Part shown: piece by piece, positions 18,003-26,470 of the stretch | How the letters are laid out: every line of letters begins with the position of its first letter | How positions within the stretch are numbered: the first letter of the stretch is position 1 | From: a virus | Taxonomy: Duplodnaviria; Caudoviricetes | Length of the DNA stretch: 43,379 nt | IMG/VR virus record: IMGVR_UViG_3300026512_000025 | Coordinates: 1 to 43,379 of that record | Direction: 5' to 3' (one strand) | Position numbers and translations under genes: made by a program | Notes under the pieces: model-generated | Database searches by the model: none | What the model was told of the DNA's origin: nothing | What the model saw: only the letters and a program-made list of their open reading frames with translations

Positions 18003-18139
18003 TGGAAATACATATTAAACGCAATATCACTGGTAAGTATGAGTTGTGGATTGACGGAGTGCTGATAAGCGATAAATACACCACTTGCGAAAAAGCCGCA
18101 TCTAAAGCTAAACAATACGCAAAAGGACAAAACAAATGA
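18002..18139 (+). CDS. Small hypothetical protein (45 aa, not in ORF track)
   Basis: GAGGA RBS, TAATG and ATGA overlaps on both sides. Confidence 0.6.
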   Translation: MEIHIKRNITGKYELWIDGVLISDKYTTCEKAASKAKQYAKGQNK

Positions 18140-18396
18140 GTAGTGCAATAGAGCCTAAACATTATACAGAAATGAAAATATCACCGCTTGAATATATAGA
18201 AGCGAATGGTGATGAGTTTACATGGAGTATTGCTAATGTAATAAAATATGTTAGCAGATATAAACGCAAAAACGGTTTAGAAGATTTAAAAAAGGCTAGA
18301 TGGTATTTGAACCACGAAATTGAAAATCTAGAAAAAAGTATTGCAGAAAACTCAATATCAGAATTTGCAAGGAGAATACATGAAAAAAATATATAA
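18136..18396 (+). CDS. DUF3310 family protein
   Basis: PKHY...NVIKYVSRYKRKNGLEDLKKARWYL. Confidence 0.88.
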   Translation: MSSAIEPKHYTEMKISPLEYIEANGDEFTWSIANVIKYVSRYKRKNGLEDLKKARWYLNHEIENLEKSIAENSISEFARRIHEKNI

Positions 18397-19378
18397 CCCT
18401 AAATCTGATGAGGTTACTAATACAATAGTTAATGGTAACCCTACAGGTATTGCTAACTTTGTTACCCCATCAAGACCAATATATAAAACAATATTTGAAA
18501 CAATGTTAGCAAACTTCTGGAACCCTGCTACAGTAAATATTACAGAAGATAAAAAAGCTGTTAAATTGTTAAGTGAAGATGAGTACAGAGCTTATGAATT
18601 GACTTTTGGTAAGCTTATTTTTAATGATAGTATTGTTACTAATAGGCTTATGGATAATGTTAATCCTATTATTACAGACCCTATTGCTAATGCGTGTATA
18701 GCTTTACAATCAGGTCAAGAGGCAACTCACAGTTACTCTTATGCGTTTATCGGTGATGATATATTAGGTAGTACTAATATTTATAATCTATTTAAAACAG
18801 ATGAGAAGCTACTGCATCTTACTCAACGTATTAATTCAAGATATTCAGTGTTTGATACAAATGAGGAGATACCTGATAGTTCAAAATCATTAGTTGCTAT
18901 AGCCAATTTAATTTTAGAAGGTGTAAGTTTTCCGGCAGGTTTTGTTGTCGTATGGTCACTTGGTAATAAGATGCAAGGTAGTGCTAATATGATAACTGAG
19001 ATTAGTCGTGACGAATTAAACACTCACTTACCTTTATATGTGAATATTTACAAACATATAAAAGAAGATACAGGTGTTAATTTTGATGATGTTGCAAAGA
19101 AATGGGTTGAGCAAGCAGTTGAAGATGAGATAGAGTTTTTAGAATACTCTACTACGGGTGTTATGGGATTTAATACTACAAGTATTAAGGACTTTATGTA
19201 TTGGATTGGTGATAATCGTTTGAGAGAATTAGGTATTAAATCTGATTATCTCTATAATAAAAATGACGGTTTGATTAAATTGTTTAAATCCTACAGTGAG
19301 CATAACTCAACTAAAGGTAATTTCTTTGAAACTAATGTTTCCGCATATTCTAAACAAGCTTTAGATATGGATTTTTAG
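18380..19378 (+). CDS. nrdB: Ribonucleotide reductase class I beta (R2) subunit
   Basis: AAGGAG RBS before ATG 18380. Ligand motifs NDS, EATHSYSY, LEG..F, RDELNTH, and NFFE..V..Y tail. Confidence 0.9.
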   Translation: MKKIYNPKSDEVTNTIVNGNPTGIANFVTPSRPIYKTIFETMLANFWNPATVNITEDKKAVKLLSEDEYRAYELTFGKLIFNDSIVTNRLMDNVNPIITDPIANACIALQSGQEATHSYSYAFIGDDILGSTNIYNLFKTDEKLLHLTQRINSRYSVFDTNEEIPDSSKSLVAIANLILEGVSFPAGFVVVWSLGNKMQGSANMITEISRDELNTHLPLYVNIYKHIKEDTGVNFDDVAKKWVEQAVEDEIEFLEYSTTGVMGFNTTSIKDFMYWIGDNRLRELGIKSDYLYNKNDGLIKLFKSYSEHNSTKGNFFETNVSAYSKQALDMDF

Positions 19379-19402
19379 AGAGTTAAACACTCTCTAAAAA
19401 TC
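19370..19402. terminator. Bidirectional terminator at the convergence of the two genome arms
   Basis: 14-bp perfect stem gatttttagagagt / actctctaaaaatc with 5-nt loop. Confidence 0.7.
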
Positions 19403-19444
19403 TTACAGTCACCATTTACTATCTTTAATCAACATATTAATCTT

Positions 19445-19852
19445 TTATTTATTAAACAAAACCAATTCATCCTCATTTCTTACATCAATATGCAACCAAC
19501 TAACGCCTAGCTCAATACCTTTAATATGAGGAAACAAATCTTTATTGTCAATAATGTAGTTTCTAACTTCTTCTTCGCTGTAGTGACTAAACACCGCATC
19601 AATGGCATTGGCGTAAGAGTGTTGACTGCCAAAAGAATAGTAATGGCTTTCAGGCGTTCTTATTCCACTCCATTCTCTGTTACCTCCCCAAAAATAATTA
19701 TTAATTGTCATTGTTCCTAGATTGAAATGTTCTTTTAGTTTGTCAATACTTTCTATTAATCTTGGATCCACATATCTCCAAGCAGCTTCACCATATTTCT
19801 CAAACATCTTTTTTGGTACTAACTCATGAATTTTAAAATATTTTGAATGCAT
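19445..19852 (-). CDS. Endolysin, peptidase M15-like Zn endopeptidase
   Basis: SQH...AID and WLHID Zn-ligand motifs, next to holin, likely start MHSKYF after AAGGA. Confidence 0.8.
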   Translation of the reverse strand: MHSKYFKIHELVPKKMFEKYGEAAWRYVDPRLIESIDKLKEHFNLGTMTINNYFWGGNREWSGIRTPESHYYSFGSQHSYANAIDAVFSHYSEEEVRNYIIDNKDLFPHIKGIELGVSWLHIDVRNEDELVLFNK

Positions 19853-19853
19853 G

Positions 19854-20291
19854 TTATTTTCCTTTATATACTTTAATTGATTTCTCAACACTTCTACCTA
19901 CAACATAACCACCTAATCCAAGTTTTAGTAGACCCCACATATCAGGCGGAATATCTAAAGTAATGGCTTTGCCGCCAAATAATGTAATGTAAGGATATAA
20001 GATATAGTTGTTAGCAATAATAAAAACAAAAGTGAGCATTGTGACTGGTCTCCAGTTTCTTTGCAACCATCCCTCACCGTTAGCTTCTGACTGAATAATT
20101 TTACTTTGTTCTTTAATAATTGTTTTAGAGTATTCATTCAATTCTCTGTTCATTTCAAGTTGATAAGCTTGAATCCCGGCTTCTAATTTAGCTTTCTGTT
20201 CAGGTGTCAAGTCTGGTGGAAAATAGCTTTTAAATAAACCTGTCCCTGCATCTACTACTTTTCCTATCAAATCTCCAATAATCGGTATCAT
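19854..20291 (-). CDS. Holin (3TM / GTA-type family)
   Basis: WLQRNWRP motif, hydrophobic segments, GGYVVGRSVEK. Confidence 0.85.
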   Translation of the reverse strand: MIPIIGDLIGKVVDAGTGLFKSYFPPDLTPEQKAKLEAGIQAYQLEMNRELNEYSKTIIKEQSKIIQSEANGEGWLQRNWRPVTMLTFVFIIANNYILYPYITLFGGKAITLDIPPDMWGLLKLGLGGYVVGRSVEKSIKVYKGK

Positions 20292-20902
20292 TATTTATCC
20301 TTTCTATGCATAAGATCTGTAGTATCTTTTATATTTCTTTCTAAAAGTACAGTTATTCTTGAGTTTATTGCATCTACTTTACTGAATGCCTGAACAACAT
20401 AGGTTCCAAATGATATAGAATATAATACAGTTAATCCAACTGCCCATCTAATAGTAGTTGGTGAGATTTTATTGCTATCATTTTTGTCTAATTGCTCTAT
20501 GCTCATTCTATGCTCTTCTGTAACACCTATTAATCTAGTCATGTCTCTAGTAAGCGATTCTACATCTTTATGCAGAAGACGAACACTATTGCATCCATTC
20601 TCTGATTTTTGCAACACATCTATCTCATCCACTCTTTGATGAAACCTTTTAATTTTCTCTGCTAAATCTTTATCACGTCTTTCAAATGACTCTTTAATTT
20701 CTCTATCCATAGTTTCAAGCTTGTTACTAAATATTGCCTGTTTAGCTAAGTATTTACTGATATCTTTTAGTTGTTCATTAGTCTCTGTCTGAGCACTTAC
20801 TAGATGTTCAACACTTACAACTAGTGCTTTAATAGTTGTATCTTGTTTAATTATTGCATCATCATGTCGTGTCAATAATTCTTTCATTGTTTCATCTGTC
20901 AT
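20291..20902 (-). CDS. Coiled-coil membrane protein (lysis region)
   Basis: Long coiled coil plus one C-proximal TM segment. Confidence 0.7.
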   Translation of the reverse strand: MTDETMKELLTRHDDAIIKQDTTIKALVVSVEHLVSAQTETNEQLKDISKYLAKQAIFSNKLETMDREIKESFERRDKDLAEKIKRFHQRVDEIDVLQKSENGCNSVRLLHKDVESLTRDMTRLIGVTEEHRMSIEQLDKNDSNKISPTTIRWAVGLTVLYSISFGTYVVQAFSKVDAINSRITVLLERNIKDTTDLMHRKDK

Positions 20903-21387
20903 GGTATATCTTTGAGTATATTTGAAATGTATTCTTCTAATCTTTTAGGATTTAGATTATTTATTTTGTTTAATCCTCCACCTACCCAGCACAATAATAA
21001 TATTCTAGCTACACTTTCATCACAGGTTAATTTGCTTTTTGCACCTATATCTAATTTTAGTCCATCAGAAAATATTATATTAGCCCAGTCATACTGCATA
21101 CCTAAGAAACTTCTAGCTTTTGCTATCATTGCATCAGATTCTTCTTTTGACACCTCAAAACTATATAATCTCCATTTATCTTGATTAAGTTGCATAATCT
21201 TTTTTCTAAATACACCGTTACGTGTAGAAGCTGACCACCAGCTAACTTTGTCAAAACTAATTTCTACATGACTTGGAACTAATTTCCATTTACCATTAAA
21301 CTTATCTTTAAAGTCAGCAGTCCACCAACTGATAAATTTATCAATCATGGATCCACCTCCTATATAAAACGCTACTGTTGCAGTCAT
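20899..21387 (-). CDS. Permuted papain-like (NlpC/P60, YiiX-type) enzyme
   Basis: His (SHVEI) precedes YDW and Cys (LTCDESVA). Confidence 0.6.
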   Translation of the reverse strand: MTATVAFYIGGGSMIDKFISWWTADFKDKFNGKWKLVPSHVEISFDKVSWWSASTRNGVFRKKIMQLNQDKWRLYSFEVSKEESDAMIAKARSFLGMQYDWANIIFSDGLKLDIGAKSKLTCDESVARILLLCWVGGGLNKINNLNPKRLEEYISNILKDIP

Positions 21388-21389
21388 AA

Positions 21390-22169
21390 TTATACTCCTA
21401 CAACTTTTGCAACTTCTTGCATGCCCAATTCAAGTGCTTCACATATACTTTCAATTTCTACTTGATGAGGCAAATTATCATAACCTTTCCAACCTATTGT
21501 AGTATCTTTATAGATAGATTTGTAAGCATCTTTTGCACTTGTATCATCAGCTAATGCTTTATTAAACTTATAGTTAGCAAGACTGACAACTGCACCCATA
21601 TTAGAGATAGCTTTGCCATTTGCATCATAGGCTACTGTATTTGCAGTTACAGATAATGTATCTAATACTTTCTGTTTTTCTACCTTAGCTTTTTCTTTGA
21701 GATAAGTAGCAAGTGGTTCATAACTATTAATTCTATCTTCTGTAATTTCCGCTGCTGCATAAGATCTTATAAGTTCTGTTTCTTCTGGTTCAACTAATAT
21801 TCCGTCATCGTCATATACAGCCTCTTTAACGACTTTAGTTTCATTTAGCCACTCAGTATATGTTAGATAATCTTCTGGCGTTCTAACCTCATTACCGTCC
21901 TCATCTATAGTAATGTATTTTATCTCTACTTGTGGGTACTCAAACTCATCAGGTTTAGGATTATCTTTACTAAAATTAGCTTCATCATATTTAGCTTTTT
22001 CATCATCCGTCATGTCTCTCATTGACGGGAACAATGCCTCATACTCTTCATGTCTAGCTTTATCCCAAGCAGCTTTGTCTTCTGCTTGATAATATTCTTT
22101 AAGTAATTGTTTAGCACCTTGAACTTTACCTTTCGATAAAGCCAAGTCTATTTTTTCTAATTTAGTCAT
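21390..22169 (-). CDS. Putative tail-fibre assembly protein (DUF4376-like C-terminus)
   Basis: Follows the tail fibre gene, EAVYDDDG motif, C-terminal YDA...W...DN...AL pattern. Confidence 0.55.
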   Translation of the reverse strand: MTKLEKIDLALSKGKVQGAKQLLKEYYQAEDKAAWDKARHEEYEALFPSMRDMTDDEKAKYDEANFSKDNPKPDEFEYPQVEIKYITIDEDGNEVRTPEDYLTYTEWLNETKVVKEAVYDDDGILVEPEETELIRSYAAAEITEDRINSYEPLATYLKEKAKVEKQKVLDTLSVTANTVAYDANGKAISNMGAVVSLANYKFNKALADDTSAKDAYKSIYKDTTIGWKGYDNLPHQVEIESICEALELGMQEVAKVVGV

Positions 22170-25100
22170 CTATACATCCTTAAGTAAATTTAGTGGAGTT
22201 GAAGCACAAACAGTTCGGATAGTGTTTCCATTAACGTCTGTTAGCGTAGAATTAGTAAGCTGTTCAAACTCTCCATTGTCTCCATCAAATGGATTAGACC
22301 ATGTTGCAGTATCTGATACAGTTATCTTATCTGCTAATGCTCTATATAATAGTTTTGATGCTTGCTCTTGATACACTTTATCTATAGTTAATCCAGTTGT
22401 GGTGTCATCTTCGAATGTACTAGTACCATCCCAACCACTAGCTAGTTCTTCAATCATCCATTGGGCATATAACTCATTGTTATCATCTGATGCTATTGTT
22501 AGGAATGCTTTAGATGCTTTATCTCCTGAATTGTCTAATGAGATTATTTTATGACTTGGTTCTGTAACTATTAATCCATCTGCATCAACTATTACATTAC
22601 CTATTGTATTCGTTTCTGATGCGCCTGTACCAGTACCGACACCAATTAAAGATGTGATATTGTTACCTAATGCTATTTCATTGCTATTTGTGGCAACATA
22701 CTTCTCTAATACATAGTCAACTATTTTAGGATCTTGTATTGTGGCTACTGGGATTGAAGCTGTACTACTTACTAATGCAAAATCACCTGTGTTTAATGTT
22801 TGAGTTATTTTGTTTTCTACATAATCAGCAACTACTGTTTCTGAGCTATATGTAGGTTTATCTTCTTCTGGATTTGTACTTACTATTACATTATGAACTT
22901 CTTTAGCCTTAGTGTTACATAGACTAAATTCTGTTTGCCCTGCTGGTATTATATTATTACCATTCTGGTCAATCAACGTAGGTGCTATTCCAACTATTAC
23001 TTGCCCATTTACAAGTTTATCTTTTAGTATTTGTGGGTATAAACTAGGGTCACAATATGCTTTAGCTGTTAGCTGTTCTCCTACTTGTGTTATTGGTAAG
23101 TAAACTAATGTTCCATCTTCTATATATTCATGCTGTTGCTTATATGGCTCAGTTGGTAATCTAGTCATCCCAACAGTATCACAAACTCCACCTTTACCAC
23201 TAATTCCATCACTAAATACTTTACTAGCTGTATCGTGTAAGTTTGTTTCAGTAGAGGAGTAACACATGTCTAACCATTGTGAAGGGTAAATAATGTCGTA
23301 AAATTTACCTCCAAGGTAATCAACACTATCTGGGCCACCAGTAACTCCACTAGACACCATTCCTCTGTCACCTCTTACAAAAGGTGATACTTCTCCCTCG
23401 GTATTTGTATTTACAGAAGCATCAAAACATTTAGACACTATATCTAGCTCTTTTGCAGTTTCCTTGTTCCAATACACTCCAGAGACTTGTCCATTTTTTC
23501 GCCAAGGGATTGTAGTGCCTGCAAAATTCAATATAGGATGATAAGCACCTTTATTTAATGTTTGCCAATAACCAATAGGAGTAATTACATTACTACCTTT
23601 ACTAAACAATCCTCTACCTAAACTAGCATAACCATTATTAGTAAGTGTTTCAGTTGTACTCTCTTTTGCATAAGCATCATTCATTAATACATCATAAGTA
23701 TATGTACCGTCATCTTTCATACCTACAAATACTTGATTAGATATATAATCAGCGGGTTTGAATTTACTTGAACCTAAGCTTTCTCCATCATCTGTATCTT
23801 CTATTGCTTTGAATATGTCGTCAGCTAATTGTACTGAGATGTTGTCAAAATATGCTATAGACTCATCATCTATTCCGCACCCAAAATAAAAAGTATAATT
23901 ATCAGTTTTTTGCACAACAATTAGTTTATTTTCTTCATATAAATCATCTGGACTAATATATACATTGGCTCCGTCTGAATCTTTTAATACCCATCTAACA
24001 TTTGATGACAGGTCTCCAGATGCACTGTATTGTATTATATATGATACCCCAGCTACTAAATTTATACTTTGTGTTGCATGGGGGTAGGAATCACCAGATA
24101 CTTTTAATATATTATTCTCAATAGTTAAAGTTGCATCATTTGTAGCCGTCCACCCATTAGTATCGACATCAAATGTACCATTAGTAACCAACTCTTCCTT
24201 ATCAACTACTACATAATCCCCTCGTTTAACTTTACCATCAACAACTAATCCTGTACTAACTTCAGCAGTAACATCTATTCTCTCGTCAGTATCATCACTA
24301 TCTACACCATCATTAGTAATTTTAGTAGCTTTAACTTTATACCCATCATTATTAACTGGTAATGTAAATGTAAGTGTCTCAACATCTGTACCATCTACTG
24401 TCTGAGTTCTAACCACTGCATCACTATCTGATTTATCTAGTATCTCTACTTTGATACCGTCTGTTGTGGGTTTAACTCTACATTTGATTCTAGTATTAGC
24501 TGTTTGAGCAGGGATGTTGTCTAGTATAGTTCCTATCTGTGCATCTGTAGCAACTCTGTTTCCTGTAATTGTACCTGTACTAATTGGGTCAAATCCTACT
24601 ACATGCACATGAGGTACAAAGGAGTTATCGCCTTCTCCATTAAAGCCTGTTCTGTCATTAGTTGTGTTTAGGTCTATTGTAGATACTTCACGAACCGAGA
24701 TATTGTCAAAGTATGCTGTACCACTAGAATCTAAGTAAAGTCTAAAAGGTAGTGTCGTACTATCTGCACTCATCGTCACATAAAAATTAAAATAACCTTC
24801 TGTCGTTTGTATGTTAGTCTGAGAAATTCCATCAAAACTTCTAACCGATATATGCTCTCCTTGAGCATATCCGCTTACTTTATATGTAGTCCCTCGCGTG
24901 ACTACACCTGACTGAAATACACCTTTGTCTAAATTTGTTGTAACTACTCTTAGCCTCCCCCCTACAATACTTACAGTTGCTGCCGATGTAGTAGTCCATT
25001 CACTGCCTAAAACAGAACTAAAATCACCATTAACAACCAACTCTTCACCCAATGTACCAACTACTTTGCCATCAACTATATACTGCTCTTGCATATTAGC

Positions 25101-25541
25101 AACTTTAAGTATATTGTTAGTAGATGTTTCAAATCTCATATCTTTCTTGCTACCTATATAACCATTAAACGGGTGAGTAGCATCTATTTGAGTAGTTAAT
25201 TTGTTGTCAATATCTGTAGAGGTATATGTTGCATCTGTAGGAACAACATACCCCTCAATTGCATTTTTTGCATTTACAGCTTCATTTTTAGCTGCTTCTG
25301 CCGCATTTTTATAGGTGTTAGCTTCTGATTTATAAGATAAAGCACTGTTTTTAGCATTTATAGCCGCATTTGCATTGTTCTGTATATCATCACTTGTCAC
25401 ATTTATTTGTAAAATGGTATTATTCATACTATTTATTACTAAAGGTATTGCACTCCACACATAAGAGGCATTTGCTCTAAATGTAGAACTACCCTCGACT
25501 GGTATTCTGTTTGTATCAAAATTTTGTACTATTGGTATCAT
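22170..25541 (-). CDS. Tail fibre / receptor-binding protein with two carbohydrate-binding-module-like repeats
   Basis: N-terminal Ala/Asn coiled segment, EELV.NG.F...W...YFDNISV module twice. Confidence 0.75.
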   Translation of the reverse strand: MIPIVQNFDTNRIPVEGSSTFRANASYVWSAIPLVINSMNNTILQINVTSDDIQNNANAAINAKNSALSYKSEANTYKNAAEAAKNEAVNAKNAIEGYVVPTDATYTSTDIDNKLTTQIDATHPFNGYIGSKKDMRFETSTNNILKVANMQEQYIVDGKVVGTLGEELVVNGDFSSVLGSEWTTTSAATVSIVGGRLRVVTTNLDKGVFQSGVVTRGTTYKVSGYAQGEHISVRSFDGISQTNIQTTEGYFNFYVTMSADSTTLPFRLYLDSSGTAYFDNISVREVSTIDLNTTNDRTGFNGEGDNSFVPHVHVVGFDPISTGTITGNRVATDAQIGTILDNIPAQTANTRIKCRVKPTTDGIKVEILDKSDSDAVVRTQTVDGTDVETLTFTLPVNNDGYKVKATKITNDGVDSDDTDERIDVTAEVSTGLVVDGKVKRGDYVVVDKEELVTNGTFDVDTNGWTATNDATLTIENNILKVSGDSYPHATQSINLVAGVSYIIQYSASGDLSSNVRWVLKDSDGANVYISPDDLYEENKLIVVQKTDNYTFYFGCGIDDESIAYFDNISVQLADDIFKAIEDTDDGESLGSSKFKPADYISNQVFVGMKDDGTYTYDVLMNDAYAKESTTETLTNNGYASLGRGLFSKGSNVITPIGYWQTLNKGAYHPILNFAGTTIPWRKNGQVSGVYWNKETAKELDIVSKCFDASVNTNTEGEVSPFVRGDRGMVSSGVTGGPDSVDYLGGKFYDIIYPSQWLDMCYSSTETNLHDTASKVFSDGISGKGGVCDTVGMTRLPTEPYKQQHEYIEDGTLVYLPITQVGEQLTAKAYCDPSLYPQILKDKLVNGQVIVGIAPTLIDQNGNNIIPAGQTEFSLCNTKAKEVHNVIVSTNPEEDKPTYSSETVVADYVENKITQTLNTGDFALVSSTASIPVATIQDPKIVDYVLEKYVATNSNEIALGNNITSLIGVGTGTGASETNTIGNVIVDADGLIVTEPSHKIISLDNSGDKASKAFLTIASDDNNELYAQWMIEELASGWDGTSTFEDDTTTGLTIDKVYQEQASKLLYRALADKITVSDTATWSNPFDGDNGEFEQLTNSTLTDVNGNTIRTVCASTPLNLLKDV

Positions 25542-26470
25542 AAATATCCTTCCACTTGTAATTGATATTGTGTTTTACTTACTGATATAGGCATTTCATG
25601 GTCTTTTAACTCACCATAAAGTAACAATGCTCTATATCCACCGTCTCTTGCATCTCCCACAAAAATAGCAGGTTTATCTGCTAAGTTGTTTAATCTTTCT
25701 TCGATAATATCTATTGCAATGCTGTCAATAATACAAGTAATTTTCATTCTCTTATATCGTGCTTTTCTTCTTGTAATGATATTGCCGAACTTGTCACGTC
25801 TTTTACTTGTAATACCCCTCATACTTGATGTTGGTGCAGGGTTTATTAAGGTTAATCCATAATTTAAACTTCTACCATATGCGATATGCCCTACCTCTAC
25901 AGTTAGTCCTGTATTATCAAGATAAATTTCTAAAGTAGCATCATAAATAATCGGCAGTAGTTTAAAGTAGGATTTTTTAAACTCTAAGGGTGCATAAGTC
26001 CAATCCGCCCAGTCATATACATCCCTTAATGTTAAGTCTTCTGTAACATCAAGCATAACTTCATCTGTAGAGTTATTTGTTACAACAACCCTAACGGTTG
26101 CGACATTCTCTACACCAGCTATCATCAATGTATCAATATCTGATATCTGAAACTTATAATAAATACTATCAGCATTACTACACTTAGAACTTCCTAGTTC
26201 ATCAAAGGCTCTTTTGTAGTTTGTAGCACCTCTATCAAACCAGTAGGTACCTATTCCTGTTGTAGGGTTTACATCAACAACTGGATCCGCATTTGCATCA
26301 TTAGCAGGTACATCTTGAATAGCTTCATAGAGTCTGTTTGTGTCTCCGTTCACTTGTACTGTGTCTTTAGTGTTATAAGCAGTATCATTATCATAAACAG
26401 CTATTCCGTTTTCAACTTGGTCGATATTTGTATCAAGTATATTTGCCTCAGTTCTCGGTGCAATTATCAT
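25538..26470 (-). CDS. Tail tip / distal tail protein
   Basis: Position between tape measure and fibre genes, beta-rich. Confidence 0.6.
   Translation of the reverse strand: MIIAPRTEANILDTNIDQVENGIAVYDNDTAYNTKDTVQVNGDTNRLYEAIQDVPANDANADPVVDVNPTTGIGTYWFDRGATNYKRAFDELGSSKCSNADSIYYKFQISDIDTLMIAGVENVATVRVVVTNNSTDEVMLDVTEDLTLRDVYDWADWTYAPLEFKKSYFKLLPIIYDATLEIYLDNTGLTVEVGHIAYGRSLNYGLTLINPAPTSSMRGITSKRRDKFGNIITRRKARYKRMKITCIIDSIAIDIIEERLNNLADKPAIFVGDARDGGYRALLLYGELKDHEMPISVSKTQYQLQVEGYL

Noticed and set aside
1456-19023. Minus-strand ORFs within the left arm (for example 1456-1761, 9838-10134, 12915-13127, 13158-13343)
   Set aside because: Antisense shadows of well-supported + strand genes, with no RBS and atypical composition.
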